A DNA stretch of 64,000 nt, from NCBI GenBank assembly GCA_002269645.1, contig NIVC01001427.1:1-64000 (forward strand). The letters run 5' to 3'. Both the position numbers and the translations under genes were made by a program. The notes under the pieces were generated by a model, which saw only the letters and a program-made list of their open reading frames with translations, ran no database searches and had not been told where the DNA came from. Shown here in pieces: positions 24,626-48,090 of this stretch (position 1 is its first letter; the number at the start of each line of letters is the position of its first letter). This stretch comes from Macrostomum lignano. Lineage: Eukaryota.

Positions 24626-25269
24626 AGTCACTCAGAAAAATCAGTTGTAATTTTCTAAGGGAAACGGCGACAATTTCCTAACTACTGTCCTAACTATTCT
24701 ACTGTCAGTAGAGAGCACAGCAAATGCACCAGCCAAATGCTTGGCAATCAAATACAATAAGTTTGCGCCGGTAAAGCTTTATTCCTCCTCAGAGTTGCAC
24801 AATGAGTTGGGAAGCGGCTCACAACCCGGCCACTGGGGATATCTCTCGTGAACTCAAAAGGTTTGGAGCAGCCATTTGACTGTGGCAGGAAGCTGGACCC
24901 GCCCGCAGCCTCATCCAGTGAGCTGTCACTATAGGTGGAACTGGGAACTGGAGCATGCAATTGAGTTCAGGTACTAGATTTTCATACAATATAGAATAGA
25001 TGGCTCATTATTTGAGATCCAGCCCCATCACTTATTTCTTCATGCTGGTCCTGTGCAGAATTTATTGCATATAAATTCTCGTATGTTGAGTTTTTTTCTT
25101 TATTAAAAAATTAAGATGCAGGCAGATCGCTGCCAGCTGATCCTCAAGCCGAAGCCTGTGAGGCCGAGAGGGGCGCCAGCGGCTACCTTCTTGAACTGCC
25201 ACAACAGGTGAGAGTGGCGTACAATTGAGTTTGACAGAGTTAAACTGCAATTTTTTGTGAGACAAGTTT

Positions 25270-26590
25270 TTAGTTTGTGTGAACCGATAGTGTACAGTGT
25301 AGTTTGTGTGAGCCGAGAGTGTAGTTAGTGTGAACCGAGGGTGTACAGTGTAGTTTGTGTGAACTAATTGTGTACAGTAGTGTAGTTTGTGTGAACCAAT
25401 AGTGTACAGTGTAGTTTGTGTGAACCAATTGTGTACAGTGTAGTTTGTGTGAACTAATTGTGTACAGTTTAGTTTGTGTGAACCAATTGTGTACAGTTTA
25501 GTTTGTGTGAACCAATTGTGTACAGTTTAGTTTGTGTGAACCAATTGTGTACAGTTTAGTTTGTGTGAACCAATAGTGTACAGTGTAGTTTGTGTGAACC
25601 AATTGTGTACAGTGTAGTTTGTGTGAACTAATTGTGTACAGTTTAGTTTGTGTGAACCAATTGTGTACAGTTTAGTTTGTGTGAACCAATTGTGTACAGT
25701 TTAGTTTGTGTGAACCAATTGTGTACAGTGTAGTTTGTGTGAGCCGAGAGTGTAGTTTGTGTGAACCAATTGTGTACAGTGTAGTTTGTGTGAACTAATT
25801 GTGTACAGTGTAGTTTGTGTGAACCAATAGTGTACAGTGTAGTTTGTGTGAACCAATTGTGTACAGTGTAGTTTGTGTGAACCAATTGTGTACAGTGTAG
25901 TTTGTGTGAACTAATTGTGTACAGTTTAGTTTGTGTGAACCAATTGTGTACAGTTTAGTTTGTGTGAACCAATTGTGTACAGTGTAATTTGTGTGAACCA
26001 ATTGTGTACAGTGTAGTTTGTGTGAACCAATTGTGTACAGTGTAGTTTGTGTGAACCAATTGTGTACAGTTTAGTTTGTGTGAAGCAATTGTGTACAGTT
26101 TAGTTTGTGTGAACCGAGGGTGTAGTTTGCTGAACCGAGGGTGTAGTTTGTGTGAACAGAGGGTGCAGTTTGTGTGAACCGAGGGTGTAGTTTGTGTGAA
26201 CAGAGGGTGCAGTTTGTGTGAACCGAGGGTGTAGTTTGCTGAACCGAGGGTGTAGTTTGTGTGAACAGAGGGTGCAGTTTGTGTGAACAGAGGGTGTAGT
26301 TTGTGTGAACAGAGGGTGCAGTTTGTGTGAACAGAGGGTGCAGTTTGTGTGAACAGAGGGTGCAGTTTGTGTGAACCGAGGGTGTAGTTTGTGTGAACAG
26401 AGGGTGTAGTTTGTGTGAACAGAGGGTGCAGTTTGTGTGAACCGAGGGTGTAGTTTGTGTGAACAGAGGGTGTAGTTTGTGTGAACAGAGGGTGCAGTTT
26501 GTGTGAACCGAGAGAGTACAGTTTAGTTTGTGAGAACCGAAGGTGTACAGTGTAGTTTGTGTGACCCGAGACGGGAGTTTGTGTGAACAA
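25270..26590. repeat. Minisatellite: ~28-bp unit (TGTGTGAACCAATTGTGTACAGTGTAGTT) switching to a ~21-bp unit (GTGTGAACAGAGGGTGCAGTTT) at about 26110
   Basis: Directly visible. Confidence 0.95.
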
Positions 26591-27422
26591 GACATTCAAA
26601 TTTAGTTTGTGACAACTGATGCATTGTGCGAGCTGCAAGAATCGCAGCGGTTTCAGTGGCACAGTTGCAATCAGATTCTTTATTAAGTAAACAATTTTTG
26701 ACGGGCGTCAGTCCGCTCATCTCACACCAAAGCCTGTCTCAGCCCCCGGTCCATTAATGCCCCAGACTCTCTGCTCACCTCATCTTTATGGCCTTCTCAT
26801 TTCTCTTCGTGAAATTTGAAACTGTGTTTGCCTTGCGCGAACTTGTCGAGCCTCTCTGCATCCAGCTCAATTGAGTTGCTACACACCTCGCCGCCTCCAC
26901 CATTTTGTTGTTGCTTTCGCTTCAGCCTTAGCCAGATGCTCAGTTTCTCTAGCCAGTAGCCTCATCACTCGCTAGCATGGGCCGTGAGCTCTGCGCCTGT
27001 CTCTATTCTCCTGCCTCTCTCTCTCTCTCTCTCTCCCATCTGCATTTCAAGCCCGGCGCGGTTGCCAAGCCAGAAGTTTTTCTATCGGACCCCCTCAGCC
27101 TCAACAAGCAGCACTGGCACAGCGGGACTTTGAAAGCATTCTGAGATGGAGGAGAGAGGGGGTGGGGGTCGGCTTGAGTGCTCCTGAGCTCTGATTTGTG
27201 CGGCCACAGCTGGCTGTCAGTAGCCGAGTGCATTAATTATGGCAGCAGCTGCTCATCTGCCTGCGATCTCTGCTCTCTATACTTCTTTCATTCTTCGCCC
27301 AAATCTGCTGCCGTTTCTTTTGCGTGTTTGCGCCGAAAATCCAGTTCAATTCTCTGCGCTCTGAAAGCCCCCCCGGCCCGCCTCGTCTACAGTGACAGGT
27401 CCGCCCCCCTCCCCCCTCCAGC

Positions 27423-37864
<10,442 letters not shown>

Positions 37865-39929
37865 GTCTGGGGAGGAGGAGAACATTGTGCTTGATAGCCT
37901 GTACCCGGCTGTGATTTTGAAAGAAAGGGTTTTGGACTTTAACTGTGGGTTGGATAGTAGATTGGCTGGAACCCATGCTTGATTCTGATTGGCTGGTTTA
38001 GTTGACGATTTATTCGCCGGTTGGCACCCACCCCACGCCCTCACGCAGCCAGCTGGGGTAAGAAGTGAGCGTACAGGATTGAATATCGACAACCACCCCA
38101 CGCCCTCGCTTAGCCAGGCTGGGGTATGAATTGAGGGTACAGTATTAATTATCAACAGCCACCCCACGCCTTCAATAAGCCAATTTCAACTCAGTCCTAG
38201 AAGCCCTATCCAAGCCACTAGTTATAGTTTAATCACTGGAATGTGTTTTGAACTGTCAAAGCAGCACAATTGTTCCCTCGATTTTTGCGCACTTCCGTCC
38301 AGAGTCCTGAAAAAAATGTATTTTAAAGCGCGCAAAGGCGTACGAACGTATTGTGTGCGGATTACTAAGTACTATGTTAATTAGCTTATTATTAATTAAG
38401 GTAGCGATTTTCAGCACTGATCGCACTGATGGCGGGGTCCAGAGACTTCAATGTACTGGTTTTATTTTTATTAAAACAGATTAGCTTACCATGTGTGTTT
38501 CATTTATCCTCATGCCATGTAGCCTTGTAATTTCCCCGATTAACTGCGTGCTTTTGTGTTTTGTTTTGCTAGCACTATGTCCGTTTTTATCAAAGTACAA
38601 CACGCACTTTTGAAACCTCTCATCCGGGCGCATCTCAAGACCGGCCGAGAAGTGAGCTCGCAGGAGTTGACATCACCGGCTAAGTTTTTTGTAGCTTTGA
38701 AGCAGCGGCGATCGCTGGCTGTGCCTGATCGCGTCGGCGTTGTTAGACTTTATTAGCATTGCTGCTACTAATAGTAATACTATTTGTTACATTAAATATA
38801 TTTTTATACCCGGACTCAGTACCTGCTCCCATCCGATTGCATAGCTACAATTGCGCTACCATCAACTCGGTGCTGGCATGCTGTGTCGGAATGATTCCTT
38901 TGAAGCTTAAACGGACAACTGAACTAGCAGGTCTCTGTATGTCGGTGCCATGCCAATGAGTATCTCAGACAGAAATGTATTCGGTTGAATATTTCTAGGG
39001 GCCAAAATCATTCGGTACCAAAAGCAAACAAGGCCCTCTTAAACCATCTGAGGGTAAAAGTGCCTGCTGTGAGCACTGACGCAATCATGTGGAGACTTCA
39101 TGTGGAGTTTAATTTCATCAGACAATAACACATATTGTATATTAGCTCGTACGATGGTCACAGTGACTGGACAGTCCAGAGAATGCGACGAAGAATCAGA
39201 AGTGCTCAGAAGTGCATTCAGAAGAAACACAGACAAAAAAGGCGGCCCAGCAAAATACCCAAGAGTTGCGGGCCAACCGCGGCTAACCCTGCTTAACTTG
39301 GAGTTAGCTCGCTAAGCTGTGACCACTGAATATACGAGGCAATTAACAGATACCACAATAGGCATCACTCAGCAGTGCTTTGGTCATTGAGCAGAATGAT
39401 TAATGGAGCACTATTAGTCATTGAAAACTAATTAGCATAGCAGTAGTATATTTCTAAGATAAAAATCCCTCACTTATTAACGCAAAACCTTTCTAGGAAA
39501 AGTACGTTACAGTATTTAAACAACAATGAATCTCTAAGCGAGAGAAATTCGAGAATTATAAATATGAGTTTTAATCGTTAGAAGTGGGGAGAAGGTACGC
39601 TCGTAGCAGGCAGTTCAATAACTGGCGTCTTGGAAGACCGATAGTTATTCGCAGAAAGTTTTAGTAAACAAAGGTAGGAAAAATTGATAAACAAAATACA
39701 AGTATTTGAGCTGAGGAGCTCAAGTCTGATACGTCAGCGGTCTGTAATGCAGAGCAGGTCGAAGGCTACAGCGGTAACAATCGTACATGTTCGCAATAGC
39801 AAGGCAACAGCATAGTGATAGTATACTACAGTAGCAACATCATAGCATAGCAACAGCATAGCAATAGTATAGAAACAGCATACTTTGGTAGCATCATCAT
39901 AGGAACAGCTTATAAACATAGAAACATCG

Positions 39930-40177
39930 CAGCAGCATCACAGCAATAGCACAGCATCAGCATAGTGCAGTAGCAACAGCATAGCAACAGCATACTCCAG
40001 TAGCAACAGCATAGCAACAGCATAATTCAGTCGCTATAGCAACAGCATAGCAACAGCATAGCAACAGCATAGCAACAGCATAGCAACAGCATAGCAACAA
40101 CATAGCAACAGCATAGCAACAGCATAGCAACAGCATAGCAACAGCATAGCAACAGCATAGCAACAGCATAGCAACAA
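39930..40177. repeat. 11-bp minisatellite (CATAGCAACAG), with degenerate copies back to about 39770
   Basis: Directly visible. Confidence 0.92.
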
Positions 40178-40320
40178 CAAAGCAAGCGGCATTGCAACAG
40201 AAATAAGCAGAAAAGCTGGCAGTCTAGCGGAAATTCTGATCGGCGGAAGCTCCGAAATTTTTCTGCAGCGCTATGGAAGCAATTCGCAGGCAGGCCAACT
40301 GCGACAAGAAAATGTGCCGC

Positions 40321-42400
40321 TCAGGCGGACAAGTTCTTGTATACTTTGAAGCAGTGGTTGCCAGTGTCAACAACTACCAGCTGATTGAATTCGGGCAGAT
40401 ATGCGACACCCTGCGGACCGTACAGCTGGTCCGCGTGGGTGCTCACGCTGGAGAGGAACCGGCCTTCGCTGTTGAATATCTGCGGGTTCGTTGCGGTCAG
40501 CATGGAAATTCTTCAGCAGAATCAATCAGTTTGTTTGATATATTCAACCAACGTAGCCAGAAGTGAACTAAATATTTTTGGATCTTCAACCAGCAGAGTC
40601 TACTGGAAGTGGGATCGGGATTGGCGTTCTCACCTGAAGCGACGAGCTGCCCCAGTCAGCCACGATGATGTTGTCCCTGATGTCTACTGCCACCCCGGTA
40701 GGCGCGTTGAAGCGTCCGGCCTCCCGGCCGGTGCAGCCGATGACGAACAGGAAGGCGCCCTGGCTGTCGAACACCTTCACGCAGTGGTTGTGAAAGTCGG
40801 TCACCACCAGCTCGTCCCGAGACGTGGTGGCGATGTAGTGCGGCCCCGCGAACTGGTGCTCGGCCACGCCGCGGCTGCCGAACCGGCGCTCCACCTTGCC
40901 GAGCGGCGTGAACAGCAGCACGCAGCAGGCGCGGTTGTCCACCACGGCCACCCGACCGTCCGACAGAACCGTCAAGCCCTTCGGCCCGGCCAGCCGGTTG
41001 GCGCCGAACCGCTTCTTGTAGCGGCCCTCGGCGCTGAAGACGTGGACGCAGCGGCCGTCGTAGTCGCTGACGAGAATGTCGCCGGTCTCCGCGGACTCGG
41101 CCACGTCCACTGGCCGCTGCAGATGGCCGGGCTCACGACCGCGGATGCCGAACCGGCTGATGAAATCGCCGCCGGGGCCGAATGACTGCACATTGGCGTT
41201 GTTGGCGTCCACCACCAGGATGCGCCCGCTGCGGCCCGAGACGCGGGCGCCCTGCGGGTTGCTGAACTCGCCGTGGCCGCGGCCGCGGGCGCCGACCCGC
41301 AGGACGAGGTCGTCGGGCTCGTGGTTGCCAAATGCGGCCGCCGAGGCGGCGGCTCGCCGGCTGACTCCTGTCCGGCTGACGGAGCGGCGGAGGGAAGCGG
41401 CGACGCCTCCACCGCTGCTCGCGCTGGTTAGCGAGCGCGTGGAGCCCCGAACGGCGCCGATGCTGCGGCTGGTGGCCGGCATGCGGCTCGAGCTGGCAGG
41501 CCGGGTGGGCCTGGCGGGCCGCCTGTGGACGCCGTCGCTGACGCCGCCGCCGCCGGCGCCGCTGCCGTTTTCTGGCGCCACGGCGTGCACGGCGAACGGG
41601 GATCCGCGAATGTGCTCGCCGAGCAGCTTGACGTTGAGGTCGTAGACCCCCGGCCGGTCCAGCTGGAATTTCACCCGCAGCTGGTCGTCCTCCTGCTGAA
41701 CGGCCACCGAGTAGGAGTTCTCGAACGGCGAGCTGATGCTGGCGGCGCAGTTGACGCTGGCGAGGGCGGCCGGATCAACCGGCCGGTTCTGCGAGTCTCG
41801 GGCCAGCACGGTGGCGACGCACTCGGTGGCCACAGGGCAGGCGCGCAGAAGATCGCCGCCGGCCTCCTGCAGGCGGCAGTTGGCTGCCTGGACTCCGCCA
41901 AGGACCACCAGGCCGACCAGGTGCAGCCGGCTGAGCAGCTGGTCCAGCTCGGCCGGGAAGAAGGACAGCGAGTCCGACTCGCTCGGGTGGACGGAGGGCC
42001 GCTCGGCAGCCAGCTGGGCTGCGGCCGCTTCGATCTCGGCGGAGTCGGCTGGTTGATCCTCCAGCAGCTGCAGCAGGGCGGCGGCCGCGGCGTCGGCGGC
42101 TTCGGCGCGAGCCTCCTCGGCCTGCATGGCCTCGGCGCGGGCGGCGGCCAGCTCGTTGAGTGACTCGGCCAGCCGGGCCTTGCGGTTGCGCAGGAATCGC
42201 TCCACCATCTGGAAGCTGCGCTCCATCTGGTCGAGAACTTCGCGGCGTTCGGCTGGCTCGCGCTCACGAATCCGCGCCAGCTCGGCGCGCCGCTCCGACC
42301 AGGCCTGGCGCGACTCAGCGGCCACTCGGCGCCACTCGTCGGTTTCAGCGGCGGCCGCTGGCACCGGGGCCTCGTCGTCGCCTCCTTCGTCGCCGCTCAT
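40321..42400 (-). CDS. TRIM3: TRIM2/TRIM3-like protein: coiled coil + filamin/Ig domain + 6 NHL repeats; no RING or B-box seen
   Basis: Exons 42400-40634 and 40479-40321 (phase 0; 641 aa). Filamin signature YDLNVKLLGEHIRGSPF. NHL region DDLVLRVGARGRGHGEF...LAGPKGL...FAGPHYIA...DFHNHCVKV...FNAPTGVAVD...LYGPQGVA...DTGNHCFKVY is collinear with vertebrate TRIM2/3. The symbol means TRIM2/3-like. Confidence 0.9.
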
Positions 42401-44282
42401 GGCCGCTGGCTGGTGAGTTTTTCGGGGTGGTGGTGGGGGGGGCAATTAGCTGCAGCAATTTTTTTCGAGAGTTTCTTCAGCTGCCGGTTACTCGGCTTTC
42501 GCAGCCCTCAGCTAAATTCCTGCCGCCACTTGCCAGTGCGAAGCGGAAGACGGGGGGCAGAGAGCTGCGGCTGTGCAAACTGCGGCCAAGCAGGCCAGGC
42601 GGTTGCGAGGCCGCTCGGAGTTCGCGTGGTGCCGAGTTGGCCACAAGCTGGAGCGCCCAGCAACGGTACAGCAACCGGCCGCCCCCCCCCCTCCTACCCA
42701 ACTCAGCACCACCTGCCCTGCCGAATACGAGGGCTCATTTCTAGATCGGCTGCAATCGAGCATGAAAGAAAAATGTGTGTGCAGAAATATTCTGGCCAGG
42801 CATTGGATTGCTGGGTTCAGCTGCATGGGAACTGCTCGCTTGGGGTTGCCGCCTGCTCTCTGGCTGTGGCTGGCAAAGTTTGGCTCAGCTGCAGACACAG
42901 GATGCGCAGACGAATGAGTCACAGCTCTGCTTTGGCGCGGTAGAAACTTCTACTAAGTAGAAATAAAGAAACTGTGTTTTTCAGTTTCAGTACACTGTCC
43001 TGAAGGCTTCCACACGCCACCATCAAATGAGGCATCAAATCACATGTCTGACGTACAAAGCTACACGACATGTGGCTTTGATAGCCTGTGTGAGTGACCG
43101 AGTCAAAAGTGGGATCCAAGTGCCGCAAGCAGGAGGTCCTCGGACTTTTTGGCGGACGCGATGGGAATAAAGTCATCAACCCTGTTTGTCCATTGGAGCG
43201 TTTCAAACTATAACACACTAGTGATACACTAGACTCGGCAATGCTTACCTGCAGTTGCTTCAAAGGTCAGACAAGTAGAATTATCGAATTACTGAAAGTC
43301 CGCTCAGACCTATAGCTGAAGTGCTTGAGTAAGGCGCTCAGACTGCATGGGTTTGAGGTGGACAAAAACTGGTTGACGCCCTCTCAGACGGAGAAGTTCT
43401 GTCCTTCTGCCAATTCCGTGCAGCCCTGCAGTGCTCCGAGTTTTGCGTGAGCCTCGTTTTATAGCTGGCAGACGGAGCACTTCTGCCTTGGTCTGGCCGG
43501 GGCTGTACGACCCCTGTGCAGAGAGAGCCCAGTGCTCTGGCCCGGACTGCAGGGGAAGGGAAAGGGAGGCGAGCGGAAGGGGAAGAAGATTTCAGTACAG
43601 CGGGAGACTCAAAATTCCCTGGCGCCCCTCTGCCCCCCCCCAGCGCGAGATCGATAGTGTTAAATCCCTAAGGCTGCAGCGATTGCCTCAGCTCAGCCAA
43701 CCCCCCCCCACCCAGCCGGCCTCAGTGAATTAATTTTCTTTGCGTGTCGCCCTGGTTGGTCGCCCTGCGCGTGGCCTGTCGGCTCAAAAATAGTAGGCGG
43801 CGGCGGCAGTCCAGGGCAGAGTCTGCAGCAGCGGGGTCTCCTCATGTCCGGCGTACTTGGCATGCAGAGCACCCGGACTGGTGGAGCCGGTCAGGGCACG
43901 CAAAAAGGCCACCTGTGAGATCCATACGACCTGTCAGGCCCCTCCTGTCAATAAGAAACTTGATATGACTTAAGCGTCTGTGTCGCTGTCGCTGAAGTGT
44001 CGCTGGGTGAGACAGGACCTGTACAGTCGTATAAAATTTCTAAGGTGTCAGACAGGGTGTAGAGTGTACCAGACAGCCAATGAGAGATACATGTACCGGA
44101 GAAAGTCATCATGCTTACAGGTGCATTAATCCGAAATGAATAAAAATGATCGACTTGTCTAGGAATATTAGCAATCGGTTCCTAACCAAACCTAGTCCCA
44201 CTTGAAATTGCCTAGGGGCTACACTTGTGGCTAGCTAGAGGCTACCTAGGGGGTTGTCACTAGATTCCTTAGGGGTACCCTA

Positions 44283-44351
44283 GGGGCCATTAAGGGCCAG
44301 CCTGCTAATAACTTTAATATGTACTCGTAGTTGCTGGCCCTTAATGGCCCC
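44283..44351. other. Perfect 19-bp inverted repeat with 31-bp spacer (hairpin)
   Basis: GGGGCCATTAAGGGCCAGC (44283-44301) and GCTGGCCCTTAATGGCCCC (44333-44351). Confidence 0.9.
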
Positions 44352-44595
44352 TCAATATAAAACTGTTTACAATTTTGATATGCATGCACTCTGGACTTCT
44401 AGTGGGCCCTTTGGGCTTGCAATTAAGAAATATTGCAAGATATTGCTAGATCTTGGACGATAAATCAATGATCTAAGAATTTTGGAAGAATTATCAAAGA
44501 CCATTTGAATAGTCGACTTACTTCTTGAATTAATTCAGAAACTGAGGCATAGCGCATGCAGGATGAATAGTTTAATTAGTGGTGAATCGCACTAA

Positions 44596-44994
44596 TTTTG
44601 GCGCCACAGGCACTCATTTTGGCGCCACAGGCACTCATTTTGGCGCCACAGGCACTCATTTTGGCGCCGCAGGCACTCATTTTGGCGCCGCAGGCACTCA
44701 TTTTGTTGCTGCAGGCACTCATTTTGGCGCCGCAGGCACTCATTTTGGCGCCGCAGGCACTCATTTTGGCGCCGCAGGCACTCATTTTGGCGCCGCAGGC
44801 ACTCATTTTGGCGCCACAGGCACTCATTTTGGCGCCGCAGGCACTCATTTTGGCGCCACAGGCACTCATTTTGGCGCCGCAGGCACTCATTTTGGCGCCG
44901 CAGGCACTCATTTTGGCGCCGCAGGCACTCATTTTGGCGCCGCAGTCACTCATTTTGGCGCCGCAAGCACTCATTTTGGCGCCGCAGGCAATTT
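44596..44994. repeat. 21-bp minisatellite (TTTGGCGCCGCAGGCACTCAT), about 19 copies
   Basis: Directly visible. Confidence 0.96.
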
Positions 44995-46926
44995 TGTCGC
45001 CCTTCATTCATGCAAAGCAGCAAAAACCAGAAGTAAGAGTTACAAAGTAAGCAAAAAGAGTCTAAATTTATCATTTAAAATGTGGAGTGGCCAGACCATA
45101 CTACCCCCCAACTTTAAAAAGTGGGGGGCGTTCTTATGGATACGCCGATGAGTTACGCTGAATAGCAGACTCTGGGTTCAGTTTTGGAACTGTTTGCGCC
45201 ACAGGTGAATGATGCCATGATGACGTCTGCCGCATTATTTGCTCAATTCGATTTTCGGATCCTTAATTACTTCCCTCCTTCTTCCTTCTTCTGTATGTCT
45301 CTACGTCATCTAGAATTGTCTTTTCTTCCGTAGATAATACCGTTTTTGTCTGGATCCCGGCTTCCACAAGCCCCCTCCCGTGTTGCATATGTAAGCTCGT
45401 ACTCGTAATGAGATATGCAATTAAGTATTTTTTCTCCAACTTTTTTGTTTTTGACGGATTAATTGAATTGCCACTGATGGTCGATTTCACTTGATCAATT
45501 TATTTCTTTGTTCAGTTCATGGTAGTAAATCGAATTTGCTGAGCTCTTTCTACCTCTTTCTTCCTCTTTCTACCGAAGATTAAAAAATTCTCATTCAAAT
45601 TTCTGCTCAAGCGCCGATCCTTCCGCGGCATTCTTGGACTGTTGTTAAACTTATAGTCACCGTGACTCGATCATGCATGTACAAAAGGACGACTTAAGTA
45701 GACTAAGTAAGTATAATTTCATGTAATATAAAATATAAGTAAGTAAAATCGAAAATTAAGGTCGTGCTTGCGATAATTTTTAGATAAAATTTTTGAATGA
45801 GTCGATTTCGTCTAAGCCTAGGCCATTGGGTGGACAAATCATTCACTATTTGACGAGTCGTCCTTTAGTTTTGACCACAATAATAATATTCTGTGGATTT
45901 CACCTTGCTAATTAGGTGAATCTGTCGCAAACGGGCAGCAATCAGTGTTGAATAGAAACGAGGCTTTTTGCGCGAGTTTTTCTGATTTGTTGCATCACAG
46001 CATCGACATCCCACTCCTTCCTATCCTAAAGCATAGATTAAAATGACGGCCGGTTTGACGCAGTGTTTCGCTCATAGAAGCAATATAATGCGGAATGATA
46101 TTGTAACTTTTAAAAATAAATAGACTTTTATTCTAGCGATCTAAGGCGTTGGATTTTCGTGGGCCTATTTTTTGCTCAGTAAACGTAAACTTTTGTTATA
46201 AATAATTTATTGTCATTAATTTTAATTTCACATGCACTGACTTAAAGATTACGCACTCGATTCGATTCGGTTCGACTTTAGTAAGATTGTTAAAGTCATA
46301 TTCGTCTTTTTATTCCTTTTTTAAATGTTACTATATTCTACTTTATTATTAAGCCTATAATAGATCTAGGCCTATCATAAATTTTTGTAGGCCTAACCCT
46401 AAGCGTAGCTAATATAAAAAGCAATGGCAACAGCTCCAGCACCAGAACCTGAGAACCTTTTTCTAGCAGGCTCTATGGTTGTATGAATCTAGTAGTGCTA
46501 ATAGTGCAAAATAGTAATTGAAAATTTTAATTGGTAAAAACTTATTAAAATTTAACTTTAACTATAAACATTTTTTACTTTTATTTAAATTATAAGTCAG
46601 GCAAGATCTTGATCTTGCAATTTATATTTAAGATTTTGACTTTTCTCTTAATTGAATCTCAATCAAATCTTGATTTTAAAATGCATCAAGAATCTTATAA
46701 TAGGGATTTCAATGAGATAAATAGAAATATAACCAAATGAAAAATATGATAAAATAGAAAGTATTTTTCTAGCTTACAAAATAACCCAGATAACTAAAAT
46801 AGAAATAAGTAGTATAGAAAGAAATTTCTATAGGTAGAGACTCTAATGTCAATGAAATTTTGAAAGTTAAAAATATTCAATATCTTTTGATAAAATATAT
46901 AATAAATAGAGCTTGATTATACTAGT

Positions 46927-48090
46927 AAAAAGGGCAACCGATCAAAAGGGTGACAGATGAAAAGGGCGACAGTTAAAAGGGCGACAGTCAAAAGGGCGAC
47001 AGGGTATTAGACCAAGAACTACTTAAGTGGAAGGACGGGAAACCTCGTTTCTTAGAAAATCTTAGAATTTTAGCAATAACAATTTTTGTGCTGACAATTT
47101 GTACTTGTATGTTAGAATGGGGTTCTAATATTTAATGTATGCTCATACATTGTACATTGAAACATAGATCAGTGGGGTTTATTTATTTCATTCACTGAAA
47201 TCACTATACCATATAAGTGCTGAGTGTGGTTGCCACGCCTGAATTTAAAATTCATTGCAATCTTGGAGAGAACTTGGAAAAGACAGTACACATGTGTACA
47301 CAAGTGCACATGTAGGAGTAAAAGTGCACATGGATGCAGAGTACTAATTAAGGTGCATGTTTATGCATATCATGGTGTACACGTATATGTACCTGAAAAT
47401 GTGTACTTTCCATAGAAAAAAAGAAAAAATCAAACTCGACGGGGTGTGCCCGCCCTGTGCACCCCCTTTAAATCCGCTACTGCTAAGCAGCCAGAAAAAA
47501 TATTTTTTTCTTTACTTCAACAGGCGGTTAGGACCAACAACGACTTAGAGAGCTGGCATCGCGCTCTAAACTACAGAGCCCAGCGAGGAAACATCCAATT
47601 CTACCTGCTCATCAAGCTCCTATTCAATGAAGCGCAAATGATCCCCGTAGTGGTGCAGCTCCTCTCCCAAGGAGTAATGCGCTGCGTACAGCGCAACAGA
47701 TACCGAAGTATGCAGGCCCAGTACTTCAAATACTGGAGAGAATTCAGGCGTGGCAACCGCTCGGCGGATGATCTACTGAAGGTGGTTAGTGAAATAAATG
47801 GACCTCACTGAACCACATTTTAACATTTAATAGTGTGTCCAATACGTGTCCAGCTTTTATACAACCCCAATTTAACTGCTCGTACAATTTTAACAATGCA
47901 TTTTAACAAATACAAGTATGATACATGTTTACTGCTTTTAACAAATACTTTTAATGTACGTGGAACTCGTATTTTGTGGAACACTGTAACTGTCGCCCTT
48001 TTGACTGTCGCCCTTTTGACTGTCACCCTTTTGACTGTCACCCTTTTAACTGTTGCCCTTTTGATCAGTCACCCTTTTGACCTGTAGCCG
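46927..48090 (+). mobile_element. Internally deleted MULE (Mutator-like) DNA transposon remnant with ends built of 15-bp tandem units
   Basis: The left (AAAAGGGCGACAGTC)n array at 46927-47002 is inverted relative to the (GACTGTCGCCCTTTT)n array at 47987-48082. The internal exon 47525-47811 encodes RTNNDLESWHRALN, the MULE C-terminal RTNNxxExWH motif. No TSD found. Confidence 0.7.

Noticed and set aside
40385-42744. Several 100-270 aa ORFs overlapping the TRIM gene on both strands
   Set aside because: They are shadow ORFs of a GC-rich exon with no recognisable motifs. The same applies to those overlapping the sGC, LINE, coiled-coil and caspase exons.
44576-45151. ORFs of 143-190 aa (GAKMSAC / GTHFGAA / APQALIL)
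   Set aside because: They are translations of the 21-bp minisatellite.
47170-47482. CAGTGGGGTTT...AAATCCGCTACTG as a nested hAT MITE
   Set aside because: The left TIR match is weak and the flanks show no TSD.
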